From a virus (taxonomy: Duplodnaviria > Caudoviricetes), in IMG/VR virus record IMGVR_UViG_3300044655_000346, positions 1 through 56,997 of that record: 56,997 bases of DNA. One strand, given 5' to 3'. The notes below the pieces were generated by a model. It was not told the DNA's origin. It saw nothing but the letters and a program-made list of their open reading frames with translations, and did no database searches. Below, piece by piece: positions 35,580 through 45,886 of the stretch. The translations under genes were made by a program, and so were the position numbers. Each line of letters starts with the position of its first letter. The first letter of the stretch is position 1.

Positions 35580-35654
35580 ATGATGTACGGAAAAGCAAAA
35601 ATGGCTCCCAAAATGGCTCGTATGGGACGCAAAGCCCGTAAAGGCCGCAAGTAA
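35580..35654 (+). CDS. Protamine-like micropeptide (24 aa)
   Basis: MMYGKAKMAPKMARMGRKARKGRK with RBS AAGGA. Confidence 0.5.
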   Translation: MMYGKAKMAPKMARMGRKARKGRK

Positions 35655-35737
35655 TGTCTACAGAGGGCTGACAAAAAATGCCCTCTACCTATTGACAAGA
35701 TGTTTGTAAGTGGTTACAAACACGGCAAGGAGTGATT

Positions 35738-36202
35738 ATGAGTGTTCCACCAGATAAGTTGATGGAGTTAATGCGAGGTAGCCAAGCGGCTGCGGGTGCA
35801 CCGACCCCTAACGAAAAGGAAGAACCAGAAGAAATGGACACAGAGGCTCCAGAGCCTCCTCCAATGGCTTCTCCTATGTCTACTCCAGAACCCAAGATGG
35901 GAAATAAAGAAGCCGCACTTATCAACATAAGTATGGCTATCGACTTGCTTGAGCAATCTCTTCCCGCTTTTGGCTCAGTTTCTGAGGAGGGGAAGAAAAC
36001 CCTCAACGCTATTCGTGCACTCAGTGGGTTGATTGGTCAGAAAAAAGGCAAAACTGACGAATTACAGCAATCTGAGATTCTTCAGTTACTGCAAACCTTG
36101 CCACAGGCGGGTGGTGCTACCCCTGAAGGCAGAGCAATGGCTCAAGCACCTATCCCTGGTATGCCTCCCGCTGGCGGTATGCCTTCTCCTCCCCCAATGT
36201 AA
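35738..36202 (+). CDS. Hypothetical Pro-rich head-region protein
   Basis: RBS AAGGAG. Confidence 0.65.
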   Translation: MSVPPDKLMELMRGSQAAAGAPTPNEKEEPEEMDTEAPEPPPMASPMSTPEPKMGNKEAALINISMAIDLLEQSLPAFGSVSEEGKKTLNAIRALSGLIGQKKGKTDELQQSEILQLLQTLPQAGGATPEGRAMAQAPIPGMPPAGGMPSPPPM

Positions 36203-36211
36203 GGAATCAAA

Positions 36212-36394
36212 ATGGAACTCTTTAAGCCCAGAGGCGCAGCTGCACCTCGCAAACCAACAGACAACAACCAACAAAATGGCGTTGTCACCAACACTCCACG
36301 TTTTTCTCAGTTCGGTGGCTTGAGTGGCCCGAACAAATTGAACAAATCAAGCATGGCTCTCCAAAAGCCAGGTGATGGTAAGCGTGTCATTTAA
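36212..36394 (+). CDS. Small head-region protein
   Basis: RBS AAGGA, 60 aa. Confidence 0.6.
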   Translation: MELFKPRGAAAPRKPTDNNQQNGVVTNTPRFSQFGGLSGPNKLNKSSMALQKPGDGKRVI

Positions 36395-36415
36395 TCGTAT
36401 AAAGAGGGTAACTTT

Positions 36416-36946
36416 ATGTCACTAGAAAATCTTTCCTTAGAAGCCCGTGATGAGTTGGCTGCACTTGCTCAAACTCTTGCGGAAAACCCTGATACTCGCA
36501 AAGACTTCTTGCGTATGACTAGAAAGGTCAAACCAGACCTTCCTATTCCTGAACTCGACATTGAAGACTACACACACAGAGCGGTCAGCCGTTCTGAAGA
36601 CCGTGTGCAAGCCTTAGAAGCCAAGTTGCGTGAGAAAGAAGCGATTGAAGAACTTAACAATCGCAGACAGAGCTTGATGAAAAAGGGTTTGATTTCTAAC
36701 GAATCAGAAGTTGGTGACGTAGAAAAAATCATGTTGGAGCGTGGTATCACAAATCACGAAACAGCAGCCGAATACCATCAGTGGATGAAGAAAGCCGCAG
36801 TGCCTACTTCATCTGGATACAACCCAAGTGCTGTCAAGCAATTTGACTTGAACAAGTATTGGAAGAATCCAGCAGCCGCTGCTCGTAATGAGGCAATGAA
36901 TGCGCTCAATGACTTGCGTAAACCGCAACGTCCTATTGGGTTGTAA
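36416..36946 (+). CDS. Putative capsid scaffolding protein
   Basis: Helical acidic 176 aa immediately before the capsid gene. Confidence 0.6.
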   Translation: MSLENLSLEARDELAALAQTLAENPDTRKDFLRMTRKVKPDLPIPELDIEDYTHRAVSRSEDRVQALEAKLREKEAIEELNNRRQSLMKKGLISNESEVGDVEKIMLERGITNHETAAEYHQWMKKAAVPTSSGYNPSAVKQFDLNKYWKNPAAAARNEAMNALNDLRKPQRPIGL

Positions 36947-36975
36947 GAGGGTAGTTTTTTTTCATAGGAGGCCTT

Positions 36976-37977
36976 ATGGCTATTGGCGGCGGCATCCTAC
37001 CAGCAACAGGGTCAGCACAGTTCAACGAACTGACTTACGTTACTCGTAGAGCCTTCATCCCCAAGCTGGTTGTCCAGCTTTATAACTCGACACCCCTCAT
37101 GGCGGCTCTGATTGCCAACAGTCAGTCAGCCTCTGGTGGCGTGTCTTCCGTAACCGTTCCCGTCCAAGGCGCACAGTTTGTGAACGCTCAATGGTCTGAC
37201 TACAGTGGCTCTTTTGCCCAACCGTCAGTCCAGCAAGGTGCTTACAACGCTGAGTTCGACCTGAAACTGATGATTTCTCCTGTACCGTTCCTCGGTATGG
37301 AAGGCGCAGTTCAGCAAGATGCTGCCATTATTCCGTTGATTGAAGCTCGTATGAACGATGCAACCAACGTGATGATGGATGCAATGGCAACCGCTTTGTA
37401 CACCAACACCACCAATACACAACAGTTCATCGGTTTACCCGCTGCTGTTGCGAACTCAGGTACTTACGGCAACATTGACCGTAGCACCTACACTTGGTGG
37501 AAGTCTTCACAGTATGCCGCTGGCTCTGTGAACCCAACCCGTCAAAACATTCTGCAATACATTTCTGGCACAGTGAAAGCTGGTGCTGAAATGCCTAGCT
37601 TTGGTGTTTGCGGTTTTGGCACTTGGACACTGTTGGCTCAAGACTTTGTAGGTCAAGAGCAATACGTTATCACCCCAGGCGCAGGTTTTGATGGCGAAAC
37701 CAATGGCCCTCAAGCTGCTTTCCGTGCCTTGATGGTTGCTGGCGTACCTATCTATCCAGACCCTTACTGCCCTGAAGGTACTGTGTACTTCCTGAACACC
37801 AACTACTTGTCTCTGTACATCCATGAGCAAGGTTCGTTTGTGTTTACAGGCTTTGAGTCCACACTTCCTAACTGGCAAATTGGTTATGTTGGCGCAGTTT
37901 TGATGATTGCCGAATTGGTGAACGTCAAACCTAAGTCAATGACCAAGGTGACGGGTTACAACTACCTTTCACTGTAA
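36976..37977 (+). CDS. Major capsid protein (phage B)
   Basis: 333 aa, strong RBS AGGAGG, biased codons, GVPIYPDPYCP.GT.YFLNT. No visible similarity to the phage A capsid. Confidence 0.8.
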   Translation: MAIGGGILPATGSAQFNELTYVTRRAFIPKLVVQLYNSTPLMAALIANSQSASGGVSSVTVPVQGAQFVNAQWSDYSGSFAQPSVQQGAYNAEFDLKLMISPVPFLGMEGAVQQDAAIIPLIEARMNDATNVMMDAMATALYTNTTNTQQFIGLPAAVANSGTYGNIDRSTYTWWKSSQYAAGSVNPTRQNILQYISGTVKAGAEMPSFGVCGFGTWTLLAQDFVGQEQYVITPGAGFDGETNGPQAAFRALMVAGVPIYPDPYCPEGTVYFLNTNYLSLYIHEQGSFVFTGFESTLPNWQIGYVGAVLMIAELVNVKPKSMTKVTGYNYLSL

Positions 37978-37989
37978 GGAGAAAAAGTC

Positions 37990-38313
37990 ATGGCTTTAGC
38001 AATGAACAAAATCATTCTGGCGAATGCAACCACCAACACTGCTGGTGCGTACTTCTCCAACGTATCACTGACTGCCGCTAACGCAGGTACTGTGATTCCC
38101 GCAGGTACTTACATGGTGTTTCCCGCAGCTAACGTAATTGTTACTGCAAATAACGGCTCATCCATCGCAACCTTGCTTGCCAATAACACTGGCGGCATGA
38201 TTTTGTCTGATGGCGTGAACGTGTTTGCACAGTCAATTATTGCTGGCGCAGGTTCTGCTGTTGCTCTTACCATCAATGGTGGTATCAACGCAAACAGCAC
38301 CTACACAAGTTAA
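37990..38313 (+). CDS. Putative capsid decoration protein
   Basis: Small Ala/Asn/Thr-rich protein after the capsid gene, RBS AAGGAG. Confidence 0.55.
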   Translation: MALAMNKIILANATTNTAGAYFSNVSLTAANAGTVIPAGTYMVFPAANVIVTANNGSSIATLLANNTGGMILSDGVNVFAQSIIAGAGSAVALTINGGINANSTYTS

Positions 38314-38322
38314 GGAGACAGT

Positions 38323-38733
38323 ATGAACGCAAACCATGTAGGCGCACTGTATCCCGATAGTTTTGGTAATGTTTTGATTGGGCACACCTCTACTCCCTTA
38401 GGTTTGGGAAGCACAGGTAATGCACGAGCAACTATTCCAACAATCGGTACAAACTACATTGTTCGCCGTATTACTGTCCAAAATGCCAATGGAAGTGTTG
38501 CGCTTGCCAACGTCACCATCATTAACAGCAGTGATGGTGTCGTCGCAAACGCAGTTTCTAACGCAGTTGTATTGGGAAATATCACAGCAACAACAAAGTA
38601 TCAGGATTTAGGGTTGACGGCAAACACTGCCACAACAATTTATTCTGGTTCTTTGTTTGTGTGTGTCAATACAGCCGCTGCCGCAAACAACACAGTTGAC
38701 ATCGCAGTGTACGGTGACGTTGTAACTCTATGA
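38323..38733 (+). CDS. Putative virion protein
   Basis: Beta-rich, RBS AAGGAG. Confidence 0.6.
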   Translation: MNANHVGALYPDSFGNVLIGHTSTPLGLGSTGNARATIPTIGTNYIVRRITVQNANGSVALANVTIINSSDGVVANAVSNAVVLGNITATTKYQDLGLTANTATTIYSGSLFVCVNTAAAANNTVDIAVYGDVVTL

Positions 38734-39071
38734 CAGAACTCGTTTATGTAACTAACCATACCGATAAAGACCTGTACGCTGAGTACAACTATGTCGGTTA
38801 TGACTTTCCTATTGGCAAGACAGTTGAGTTGACTGTCCCTGCTGCTAGGCACATGCTTGGTTACGAAGATGAGGACAAGGAGAAGTATCTTGTCCAGTTG
38901 GGTTTGATACGACTTCACAGCGAACTTGAAGAAGCAACGGAAAAATTCAGGGGTGTTCAAATTTCTGAAGAGTCTCCCAAAAAGAACAGCTCGTTACCCT
39001 CGGCTGTTGGCGTAGTACCCTTACGGCTTGAGAGAGCCGTGGGGGGAAAGTCCAATCAGAGGGTTGCATAA
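38730..39071 (+). CDS. Hypothetical protein
   Basis: 113 aa, ATGA-coupled. Confidence 0.6.
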   Translation: MTELVYVTNHTDKDLYAEYNYVGYDFPIGKTVELTVPAARHMLGYEDEDKEKYLVQLGLIRLHSELEEATEKFRGVQISEESPKKNSSLPSAVGVVPLRLERAVGGKSNQRVA

Positions 39072-39083
39072 CATGAAGGTAAC

Positions 39084-39923
39084 ATGGCAACTCTCTCTTC
39101 CTACATCACGGAAGTACAGCGTTTATTGCATGATGCAAACTCTGTCTTCTGGACAACCTCGGAGCTAACGGACTACATCAACGATGCCCGTGAGCGAGTA
39201 GCGAGAGATACTGGGTGCTTACGCACCCTTCAAATTACTGCCACCCCAATTTCTAACACAGGCGTACCCGCAACCGTATGGACTGCGGGTGCTACTGTTA
39301 CTGCTGGCGAGTTTGTATTCAATAACATTTTCATTTACGAAGTAACTGTCAGTGGTGTGTTAAGTAGTACAGCCCCGCCTTATCCAGCTTCTGGCTACAC
39401 TTTTCCGCCTTCTACTCCATTCACAGATGGCACTGCCACTTTACAATATTCTGGCCCTGCGGAAATTATTCCCTATGCCACTATTGCCACAGGCACGACA
39501 CTAGACATTCTGAACGTCAACGTTTACTGGGGCAACAGCCGTATTCCTTTGCGGTACTTGCCCTGGTCAAACTTCAACGCACAGCTACGCTACTGGCAAA
39601 ATTATGTAGGTAGACCCGTGTGTTTCTCTGTTTATGGTCAAAACAATATCTACATTGGCCCTGTTCCAGACCAAGCCTATGTGGTGGAGATAGACAGCAC
39701 TATCTTGCCTACGCCATTGAGCTTGAACACGCCCAACGCTAATGACCAGATACAAGACCCCTACACCACTCCTGTAGCTTTTTATGCGGCTTACAAAGCC
39801 AAGTACAAGGAGCAGAGCTATGGGGAAGCTGAAATATACAAACAAGAATATGCCAAGCAGGTTCAAGCAGTGCTGAACTCTGTGTATACCCGCAGAATCC
39901 CTGACCCCTATAGCACGTTCTAA
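39084..39923 (+). CDS. Head-tail adaptor / tail tubular protein A-like
   Basis: [18 protein letters not shown] and YAAYKAK motifs. Confidence 0.65.
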   Translation: MATLSSYITEVQRLLHDANSVFWTTSELTDYINDARERVARDTGCLRTLQITATPISNTGVPATVWTAGATVTAGEFVFNNIFIYEVTVSGVLSSTAPPYPASGYTFPPSTPFTDGTATLQYSGPAEIIPYATIATGTTLDILNVNVYWGNSRIPLRYLPWSNFNAQLRYWQNYVGRPVCFSVYGQNNIYIGPVPDQAYVVEIDSTILPTPLSLNTPNANDQIQDPYTTPVAFYAAYKAKYKEQSYGEAEIYKQEYAKQVQAVLNSVYTRRIPDPYSTF

Positions 39924-39925
39924 TC

Positions 39926-41923
39926 ATGGCAGCAGCAGAACAAAAGAAATCTTATGCTGTCTATAAGAATTTCAAAGGCCTGAATACCAAGGCCAATAGA
40001 ACAGCTATTGATGAGGAAGAGTTTTCGTGGATAGAAAATGCCATGCCTATCGGGTTTGGCAACATCAAGATTGTTCCAGCCCAAGTAACTGTTAAAGATG
40101 GTGGTAATAACGCTATCTCGTTTGGAAACACGGTAACAACGCTTGTCAATACAAATTTAGAGTTGTCTGACTATTTGTTGGCTTTCCAAGAAGATGGTAG
40201 AGGACAGTACGTCATCATAGACACAGGTACTGTAGGCAATGTTGGCGTGACAGGTACATTCTCTTCTGCAAATATATCTATCGCACAGTGGAAGAATGAA
40301 GAGGTATATATAGGTGACCCCAACAAAGGACTCTTTTCTTGGGATGGCACGAACCTACTTAATGTTGGTGGTGTAGGTCAGATAGGGATTACAAACAGGG
40401 GGTCAGGATATATTTCTGCGCCAGCAGTTACCATCTCTGCCCCTAACCAGGCAAATGGCACACAGGCCACAGCAGAGGCAACAATCACTGCAAATGCCGT
40501 GTCATCCATCGCTATTACTGAAGGCGGTAGCGGGTATACCGCTGCACCTACCGTAACAATTACAGGCGGTGGCGGGAGCGGTGCTACTGCTATTGCTGAA
40601 ATCCTTACCTTTACAAAAGGTGCGTTGTTTGTTCAAGTTACAAACGGTGGTTCTGGTTATAACCCTGCATCTCCTCCCGCTGTAACCATCTCTGGTGGTG
40701 GTGGAGCAAATGCCGCTGCTACTGCTATCGTATTTGGCAATGCAGTAACACAAGTCATCATGTCAAATGTGGGCAACAACTTCACAAGTGTGCCTACAGT
40801 CACGATAGCTGCTCCTCCTACTCCTACGGGAAATGCAAATGCCACTGTAATAGGTGTGCCTAACCTAGAAGAGATAGCAAGTGTTTCTACCTTTTCTGGT
40901 CGGGTATGGGTTGCTACAGGTCGTACAGTTACCTTTTCCTCTGCAACTAGTCCTACTGATTTCACTTCTCTTTCTGCGGGGTCAGAGACAATTACAGACT
41001 CTACCTTGCGTGGCAACATACAAAACATGGTGTCTGCCAACAACTTTCTGTACATTTTTGGTGAAGACAGCATCAACGTGTTCTCAGATGTGCGGATTAC
41101 AAACACAGGGGATACCCTATTTACGAACACAAACGTGTCTGCGTCTGTAGGCAGTAAGCTCAAGTACGCTGTTTACCCTTACTTCCGTTCTGTGCTGTTT
41201 ATGAATAACTACGGGGTGTATGCCCTAGTTGGCTCAACAACAAGCAAGATTTCTGACCAACTAGATGGCATCTTTCCCTATATTGACTTTACCAAACCTG
41301 TGACTGCTGGTCAGGTCTTGCTAAACAACATTCTCTGCGCTGCATTTAACTTCTACCTGAATTCCAGTTTTCCTACCACCACGGGAGACAGGTTTGTACA
41401 GTGCGTGTTTTTTGAGAAGAAATGGTTTGTGACAAGCCAGGGTGCGTTGCGGTATGTGTCATCTGCCCCTGTAGGTGGCTTGATTAACTTGTATGGGGTA
41501 ACAGAGACTGCTCTTTTCAAGCTGTACGGGGATGCAACTGCAAATATCTCTTCTGAGATACAGACATCTTTGTCTCCTATGAAAGACCCTATTAGAACCA
41601 AACAAGCCTTGAAGTTTGGTATTGAAGCAACATTGTCTAATTCTGCCACCTTTACTGTTACTGTTGATAGTGAGTACGGAAGTAGCCCCCCTTACACTTT
41701 AACCAACGGTGCGGTTAATTGGATTAACAACAGTTCAGTTGTTATTCCTTGGACAAACAGTTTTAGCGCAATTATTCCTTGGCTGTCTTCTGGTGGATAC
41801 AACTTGTATAAATCAGATGCACAGCAATACGGCAAATATCTGGGTTTGACCATGACATCAACAGACCCCGCTTTTGTCGTAAACACATTTGAGTTTGAAC
41901 ATGAATTGAGAGTGAGGTTTTAA
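39926..41923 (+). CDS. Tail nozzle / tubular protein B-like with inserted GSGY repeats
   Basis: FKGLNT N-terminus, beta-propeller-like body, repeated GSGY..APTVTI.GGGG units. Confidence 0.65.
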   Translation: MAAAEQKKSYAVYKNFKGLNTKANRTAIDEEEFSWIENAMPIGFGNIKIVPAQVTVKDGGNNAISFGNTVTTLVNTNLELSDYLLAFQEDGRGQYVIIDTGTVGNVGVTGTFSSANISIAQWKNEEVYIGDPNKGLFSWDGTNLLNVGGVGQIGITNRGSGYISAPAVTISAPNQANGTQATAEATITANAVSSIAITEGGSGYTAAPTVTITGGGGSGATAIAEILTFTKGALFVQVTNGGSGYNPASPPAVTISGGGGANAAATAIVFGNAVTQVIMSNVGNNFTSVPTVTIAAPPTPTGNANATVIGVPNLEEIASVSTFSGRVWVATGRTVTFSSATSPTDFTSLSAGSETITDSTLRGNIQNMVSANNFLYIFGEDSINVFSDVRITNTGDTLFTNTNVSASVGSKLKYAVYPYFRSVLFMNNYGVYALVGSTTSKISDQLDGIFPYIDFTKPVTAGQVLLNNILCAAFNFYLNSSFPTTTGDRFVQCVFFEKKWFVTSQGALRYVSSAPVGGLINLYGVTETALFKLYGDATANISSEIQTSLSPMKDPIRTKQALKFGIEATLSNSATFTVTVDSEYGSSPPYTLTNGAVNWINNSSVVIPWTNSFSAIIPWLSSGGYNLYKSDAQQYGKYLGLTMTSTDPAFVVNTFEFEHELRVRF

Positions 41924-42868
41924 ATGGCAGTTCCGTATACCTTTCAATCGGCAACGGGTTCTATTCCGCTGTCTCAGCTTGATAGCAACTTCGCTACCGC
42001 TATTACTATTGGTAATACGGCTGTTGTCCTTGGTGACTCTATAAGCACCATCAACAATTTAAGTCTTGCCAACGTCAGCATATCTAGTGTTTCTACTGCT
42101 TTTCCAAATGGATACTTGGCAAACAGCAATGTAATTGTGGGAACAACCACACTGACACTTGGCAGCACTGTTAGCACTATAGATGGCTTAACTTTAAGTA
42201 ATGTCACTATTTCAAGTGGAAATGTGACTATCACAAACGTGTCTGTTACTACAGCAAATGTTACTACTGCTAACGTAGGTACGTTAATAGTTAGCCAAAA
42301 TGCAACTGTTAATGGAAACGTGTCTGTTATTGGTAATGTCAGCATGAACGTGGCTACCATCACAACTGCAAATGTGAGTGGCACTGCAAATATATCCACA
42401 CTTGTAGTAACTGGGAATGCAAGTTTTACAAGCACAGGAGCTGTGTTGTTGGCAAAAGGTACAACTGCACAACAACCCACAGGTGTGGCTGGTTCGTTAA
42501 GGTTTAACACTGACACAAATACATTTGAGGGCTACAACGGCACTGCATGGTCTGCTGTAGGCGGAGGGTCAACATTATCAAACGACACGACTACAGCAAC
42601 AAACTTGTATCCAATATTTGCAGCCGCAACCACTGGAACACCAACAACCGTATACACAGGTAACGCTAAACTACTTTATAAACCAAGCACAGGCGAATTT
42701 ACATCTTCTGTGCTGACGGCAGGTAACGGCATTGTGGTAAACAGTCAGTCAGTGGCAACAAGCTATACGATTGCGGTGGGGTACTCAGCAATGTCATCAG
42801 GGCCAATCACAATTGCCTCTGGTCAAACGGTCACAGTATCTAGCGGTTGTCGCTGGGTTGTTCTGTAA
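41924..42868 (+). CDS. Tail fibre protein (phage B)
   Basis: LSQLDSNF anchor, NVT/NVS repeats, GTTAQQP...LRFNT..FEGYNG and RWVVL end. Confidence 0.7.
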   Translation: MAVPYTFQSATGSIPLSQLDSNFATAITIGNTAVVLGDSISTINNLSLANVSISSVSTAFPNGYLANSNVIVGTTTLTLGSTVSTIDGLTLSNVTISSGNVTITNVSVTTANVTTANVGTLIVSQNATVNGNVSVIGNVSMNVATITTANVSGTANISTLVVTGNASFTSTGAVLLAKGTTAQQPTGVAGSLRFNTDTNTFEGYNGTAWSAVGGGSTLSNDTTTATNLYPIFAAATTGTPTTVYTGNAKLLYKPSTGEFTSSVLTAGNGIVVNSQSVATSYTIAVGYSAMSSGPITIASGQTVTVSSGCRWVVL

Positions 42869-42877
42869 AGGAAAAAT

Positions 42878-43462
42878 ATGTCCTCAGTAATTATTTCAGG
42901 AGACACCAGCGGGGCTATCACAGTATCAGCCCCTGCTGTTGCTGGTACAAATACGCTGACGCTTCCAGCATTAACTGGAACTATTCTTACCGATAAGACC
43001 GTGGGAACTGTGTTGCAAGTTGTTAGCGTCGCCAAAACCAATGTTTTTACCACGACAAGCACAACTCTTGTTGATATTACTGGGTTAAGCGTAAGCATAA
43101 CTCCAACTTCTGCAACAAGTAAAATTTTAGTGCTGTGCAGCTTATCTCTAAATGTGACCAATGGAAATTACATGGCTCAAGCAGTATTGTTTAGTGGGGC
43201 AACAAGAATCTCTGTTGGCGATGCGGCTGGTAGTAGAACTCGGTCTTCTGCTTATGCAACAATTAATGGAGATAGAGGCCGTAGTCCATTTTCAATTACT
43301 TTTTTAGACTCTCCAGCAACCACATCATCTACAACCTATAAATTTCAAGGTTTAGTAGAATCTGGTGGGACACTTTATATAAACCAAAACGCAAGTGATG
43401 CAGATAACGCAAATAATGGCCGCAACGCATCGACAATAACACTTATGGAGATAGCGGCATGA
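42878..43462 (+). CDS. Tail-fibre distal module protein (copy 2)
   Basis: Near-identical to 5189-5773. Confidence 0.7.
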   Translation: MSSVIISGDTSGAITVSAPAVAGTNTLTLPALTGTILTDKTVGTVLQVVSVAKTNVFTTTSTTLVDITGLSVSITPTSATSKILVLCSLSLNVTNGNYMAQAVLFSGATRISVGDAAGSRTRSSAYATINGDRGRSPFSITFLDSPATTSSTTYKFQGLVESGGTLYINQNASDADNANNGRNASTITLMEIAA

Positions 43463-43616
43463 ATCACGATGCAATATATGCTCTTTACCCGCAAGTTGTC
43501 TCTGTTGATGATGGCACAGGTGCTTTTGATGCACAAGGGAACAAAGTTGAAATTGACTTAGATGCAGTCAATGCTTGGATTGACCCAAACGCATACAAAG
43601 CCAAACGAGCATCAGA
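43007..43616 (+). repeat. ~610-bp direct repeat, right copy
   Basis: Identical to 5318-5927. Confidence 0.95.
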
Positions 43617-43719
43617 ATACCCACCATTTGCAGACCAATTTGACTTGTTGTTTCATGGCGGCATGGACGCATGGAAAGCCGCAATTCAGGCAGTCAAAGA
43701 CAAATATCCAAAGGCTTAA
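43459..43719 (+). CDS. Tail-fibre chaperone-like protein (copy 2)
   Basis: 4 aa differences from 5770-6030. Confidence 0.65.
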   Translation: MNHDAIYALYPQVVSVDDGTGAFDAQGNKVEIDLDAVNAWIDPNAYKAKRASEYPPFADQFDLLFHGGMDAWKAAIQAVKDKYPKA

Positions 43720-43721
43720 TC

Positions 43722-44300
43722 ATGTCAATACTTGCTTTAACTTCTGACACGCTGATTGGTACAGCTGCCGCTGGCAACATTGAATACAACGGTCAATTCT
43801 TTGGGACTGACAGCAATGCGTCACGGGCGCAGTTGCAGAGGATTGTGAGAGGTACTGCTGTTGCATCTACTAGCGGAACATCAATTGATTTCACTGGCAT
43901 CCCTGCGTGGGTTGAACGCATCACTGTAATGTTTAGTGGTGTCAGTGGAAGTGCAACAAGTAATTTTTTGCTTCAAATAGGCGATGCTGGCGGTATTGAA
44001 AACACAGGATATTCTGGTGGTAGTTTTAACGCTGGCGCAACAGCTAATAGCACAGCAGGTTTTGATTTAACTGCTCAAAATGCCGCCGCCCAAGTATGGG
44101 GAGGCTCAATAACGCTGACAAATTTAAGCGGAAATATTTGGTGTCAGTCTGGCGTTATTAGTGGCACAAGCGCTGGCTACATTGGTGCAAGTGGCGGTGC
44201 AAAAGAACTTTCCGCAACTCTTGACCGAGTCCGCATCACCACCGTAAATGGAACGGATACTTTCGATGCCGGAAGCGTAAATATCATATATGAAGGATAA
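43722..44300 (+). CDS. Tail-fibre module protein (NIIYEG family)
   Basis: Counterpart of 6033-6629, with the ATG at the same repeat offset. Confidence 0.65.
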   Translation: MSILALTSDTLIGTAAAGNIEYNGQFFGTDSNASRAQLQRIVRGTAVASTSGTSIDFTGIPAWVERITVMFSGVSGSATSNFLLQIGDAGGIENTGYSGGSFNAGATANSTAGFDLTAQNAAAQVWGGSITLTNLSGNIWCQSGVISGTSAGYIGASGGAKELSATLDRVRITTVNGTDTFDAGSVNIIYEG

Positions 44301-44303
44301 ATC

Positions 44304-44846
44304 ATGTCAACAGTAATCGATGGTTCAGCAAGCGTCACGATCAACAATGGTACGGTACTGGGGATTACCTCTGGCACTGCTGTTGCCAGCACATCAGGTG
44401 TAAGCGTTGACTTCACAAGCATCCCATCATGGGTGAAGCGAATTACTGTGATGTTTCAAAATTTAAGTGCCGCTGGAACTAATTCTCGACTGCTAATACA
44501 AATTGGGGACTCTGGCGGTATTGAAAACACAGGATATAACAGCACTAGTGCTTACTCTACTGGTGCGGCTGGTGGATCAAACTCAGAGACTACTGGTTAT
44601 GTTATGGACAATGGTGGTGGGCAACCATCACTGTTTGTTACAGGTACTGCTGTTATCACTTTATTAGATGTATCAACAAATTTGTGGGTTATGACACACA
44701 TGGCAGAACTGGTTTCTCCTTCTTACACAATGTTTGGCGGTGGTAGAAAAACACTCTCAGGCACACTTGACAGAGTACGCATCACTTCTATAAACGGCAC
44801 GAACACATTCGACTCTGGCAGTATAAATATCATGTATGAAGGATAA
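44304..44846 (+). CDS. Tail-fibre module protein (NIMYEG family)
   Basis: Counterpart of 6633-7163. Confidence 0.65.
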   Translation: MSTVIDGSASVTINNGTVLGITSGTAVASTSGVSVDFTSIPSWVKRITVMFQNLSAAGTNSRLLIQIGDSGGIENTGYNSTSAYSTGAAGGSNSETTGYVMDNGGGQPSLFVTGTAVITLLDVSTNLWVMTHMAELVSPSYTMFGGGRKTLSGTLDRVRITSINGTNTFDSGSINIMYEG

Positions 44847-44849
44847 AAA

Positions 44850-45026
44850 ATGACACACAGAATCGTAGTTAATGTAGAGACAGGCGTAACCTCAATCGTT
44901 GAGTACTCACCTGAAGAACAAGCCATCCATGATGCGGCAGTAGCGGCACAGCAAGCAGAGGCGCAAGCACTTGCAGATGCGGCAGCAGCGGCAGCACAAC
45001 CAGCGCCTACTGAGACAGCAACATGA
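44850..45026 (+). CDS. Small fibre-associated protein (58 aa)
   Basis: Own translation, homolog of 7167-7361. Confidence 0.6.
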   Translation: MTHRIVVNVETGVTSIVEYSPEEQAIHDAAVAAQQAEAQALADAAAAAAQPAPTETAT

Positions 45027-45178
45027 CACCAGTTGAAGCACGATTAGACACGCACGAACAAGTGTGCGAGTTTCGCTACGACAGCATCAACGCTCGACTC
45101 AAGCGCATTGAGCAGATATTGATAGGGTCATGCGCTGCCATCATTGGTATGCTGTTGACGCTGGTGCTGAAGCTCTAG
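45023..45178 (+). CDS. Small holin/XhlA-like membrane protein (51 aa)
   Basis: MTPVEARLDTHEQVCEFRY..I.ARLKRIE plus C-terminal TM. Confidence 0.6.
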   Translation: MTPVEARLDTHEQVCEFRYDSINARLKRIEQILIGSCAAIIGMLLTLVLKL

Positions 45179-45187
45179 GAGCTGTAA

Positions 45188-45886
45188 ATTGATCCGATCA
45201 GCATCTGTCTGCTTGCCGCTGGGTTGGTTAAGAACATCCAAGCCGGATGCGAGCTGTACAAGCAAGCCAAGGAATCCTTTGTTGAGATCAAAGCCACTGC
45301 TGATGAAGTCATCGCAATTGGCAAAGAGGTTCATGGATTTTGGAATCAACTGCTGTCATTCTTTGGTGGCAAACAAAAGCCAGCCGCCAGTGCAAAGCCT
45401 CTGGCGAAAAAGAAGCAAGCCTATGTCGCAGTTGATGAGACTCAAGTCAAGATTGACATTGTCAGAAGCCTGACCGAGTTTTTCAAGCTACAAGAACAAC
45501 TGGCCGCGCACATCAGGGAGGAAGAAGAGAAAAGCCAAACTGTCTATGACCCTGATCAAAACCTCATGGAAGCTGCCTTAAAGCGTGTGATGGCGCAACA
45601 AGAGATGGACAGGCTGGTGATTCAAATCCGAGAGACTATGGTGTATCAGTCACCGCCAGAGATGGGCGCACTGTACTCCGAAGTCTTCAAGATGCGCGAA
45701 GTCATCTCAGAGGAACAGGAAAAAGCTAGACTCAAGGAGGAGGCGAAGAAGAGGCAAGACAGATGGCTACACCGTCAAGAGGAAAGAAACCTGCAAGCAA
45801 AGCTGGCGGGAGTAGTGGTGACTTTTATATTCCTCCTGTACCTGTGGCTGTGGCTGTGGTTCGTAAGTCACTGGGGGAAGAGATGA
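45188..45886 (+). CDS. Lysis-region coiled-coil membrane protein with ATT start
   Basis: AGGAG-N6-ATT GAT CCG after an in-frame TAA, homolog of the gene at 16421. Confidence 0.65.
   Translation: MDPISICLLAAGLVKNIQAGCELYKQAKESFVEIKATADEVIAIGKEVHGFWNQLLSFFGGKQKPAASAKPLAKKKQAYVAVDETQVKIDIVRSLTEFFKLQEQLAAHIREEEEKSQTVYDPDQNLMEAALKRVMAQQEMDRLVIQIRETMVYQSPPEMGALYSEVFKMREVISEEQEKARLKEEAKKRQDRWLHRQEERNLQAKLAGVVVTFIFLLYLWLWLWFVSHWGKR

Larger units (their letters stand above)
5318..43006. mobile_element. Phage B: apparently complete 37,689-bp circularly permuted podovirus-like genome
   Basis: Second full set of TerL, portal, capsid, tail and lysis genes, bounded by the direct repeat. Distinct GATC/CCGG-free composition. 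Confidence 0.85.

Noticed and set aside
5318-43616. Phage B as a site-specifically integrated prophage or satellite with attL/attR
   Set aside because: No integrase is recognised, the repeat is 610 bp of coding sequence rather than a short att core, and B has a full structural gene set
5189-45026. Duplicated fibre cassette as a diversity-generating retroelement TR/VR pair
   Set aside because: Differences between copies are not adenine-specific (e.g. T/C changes), both copies are coding, and no reverse transcriptase is present in the window
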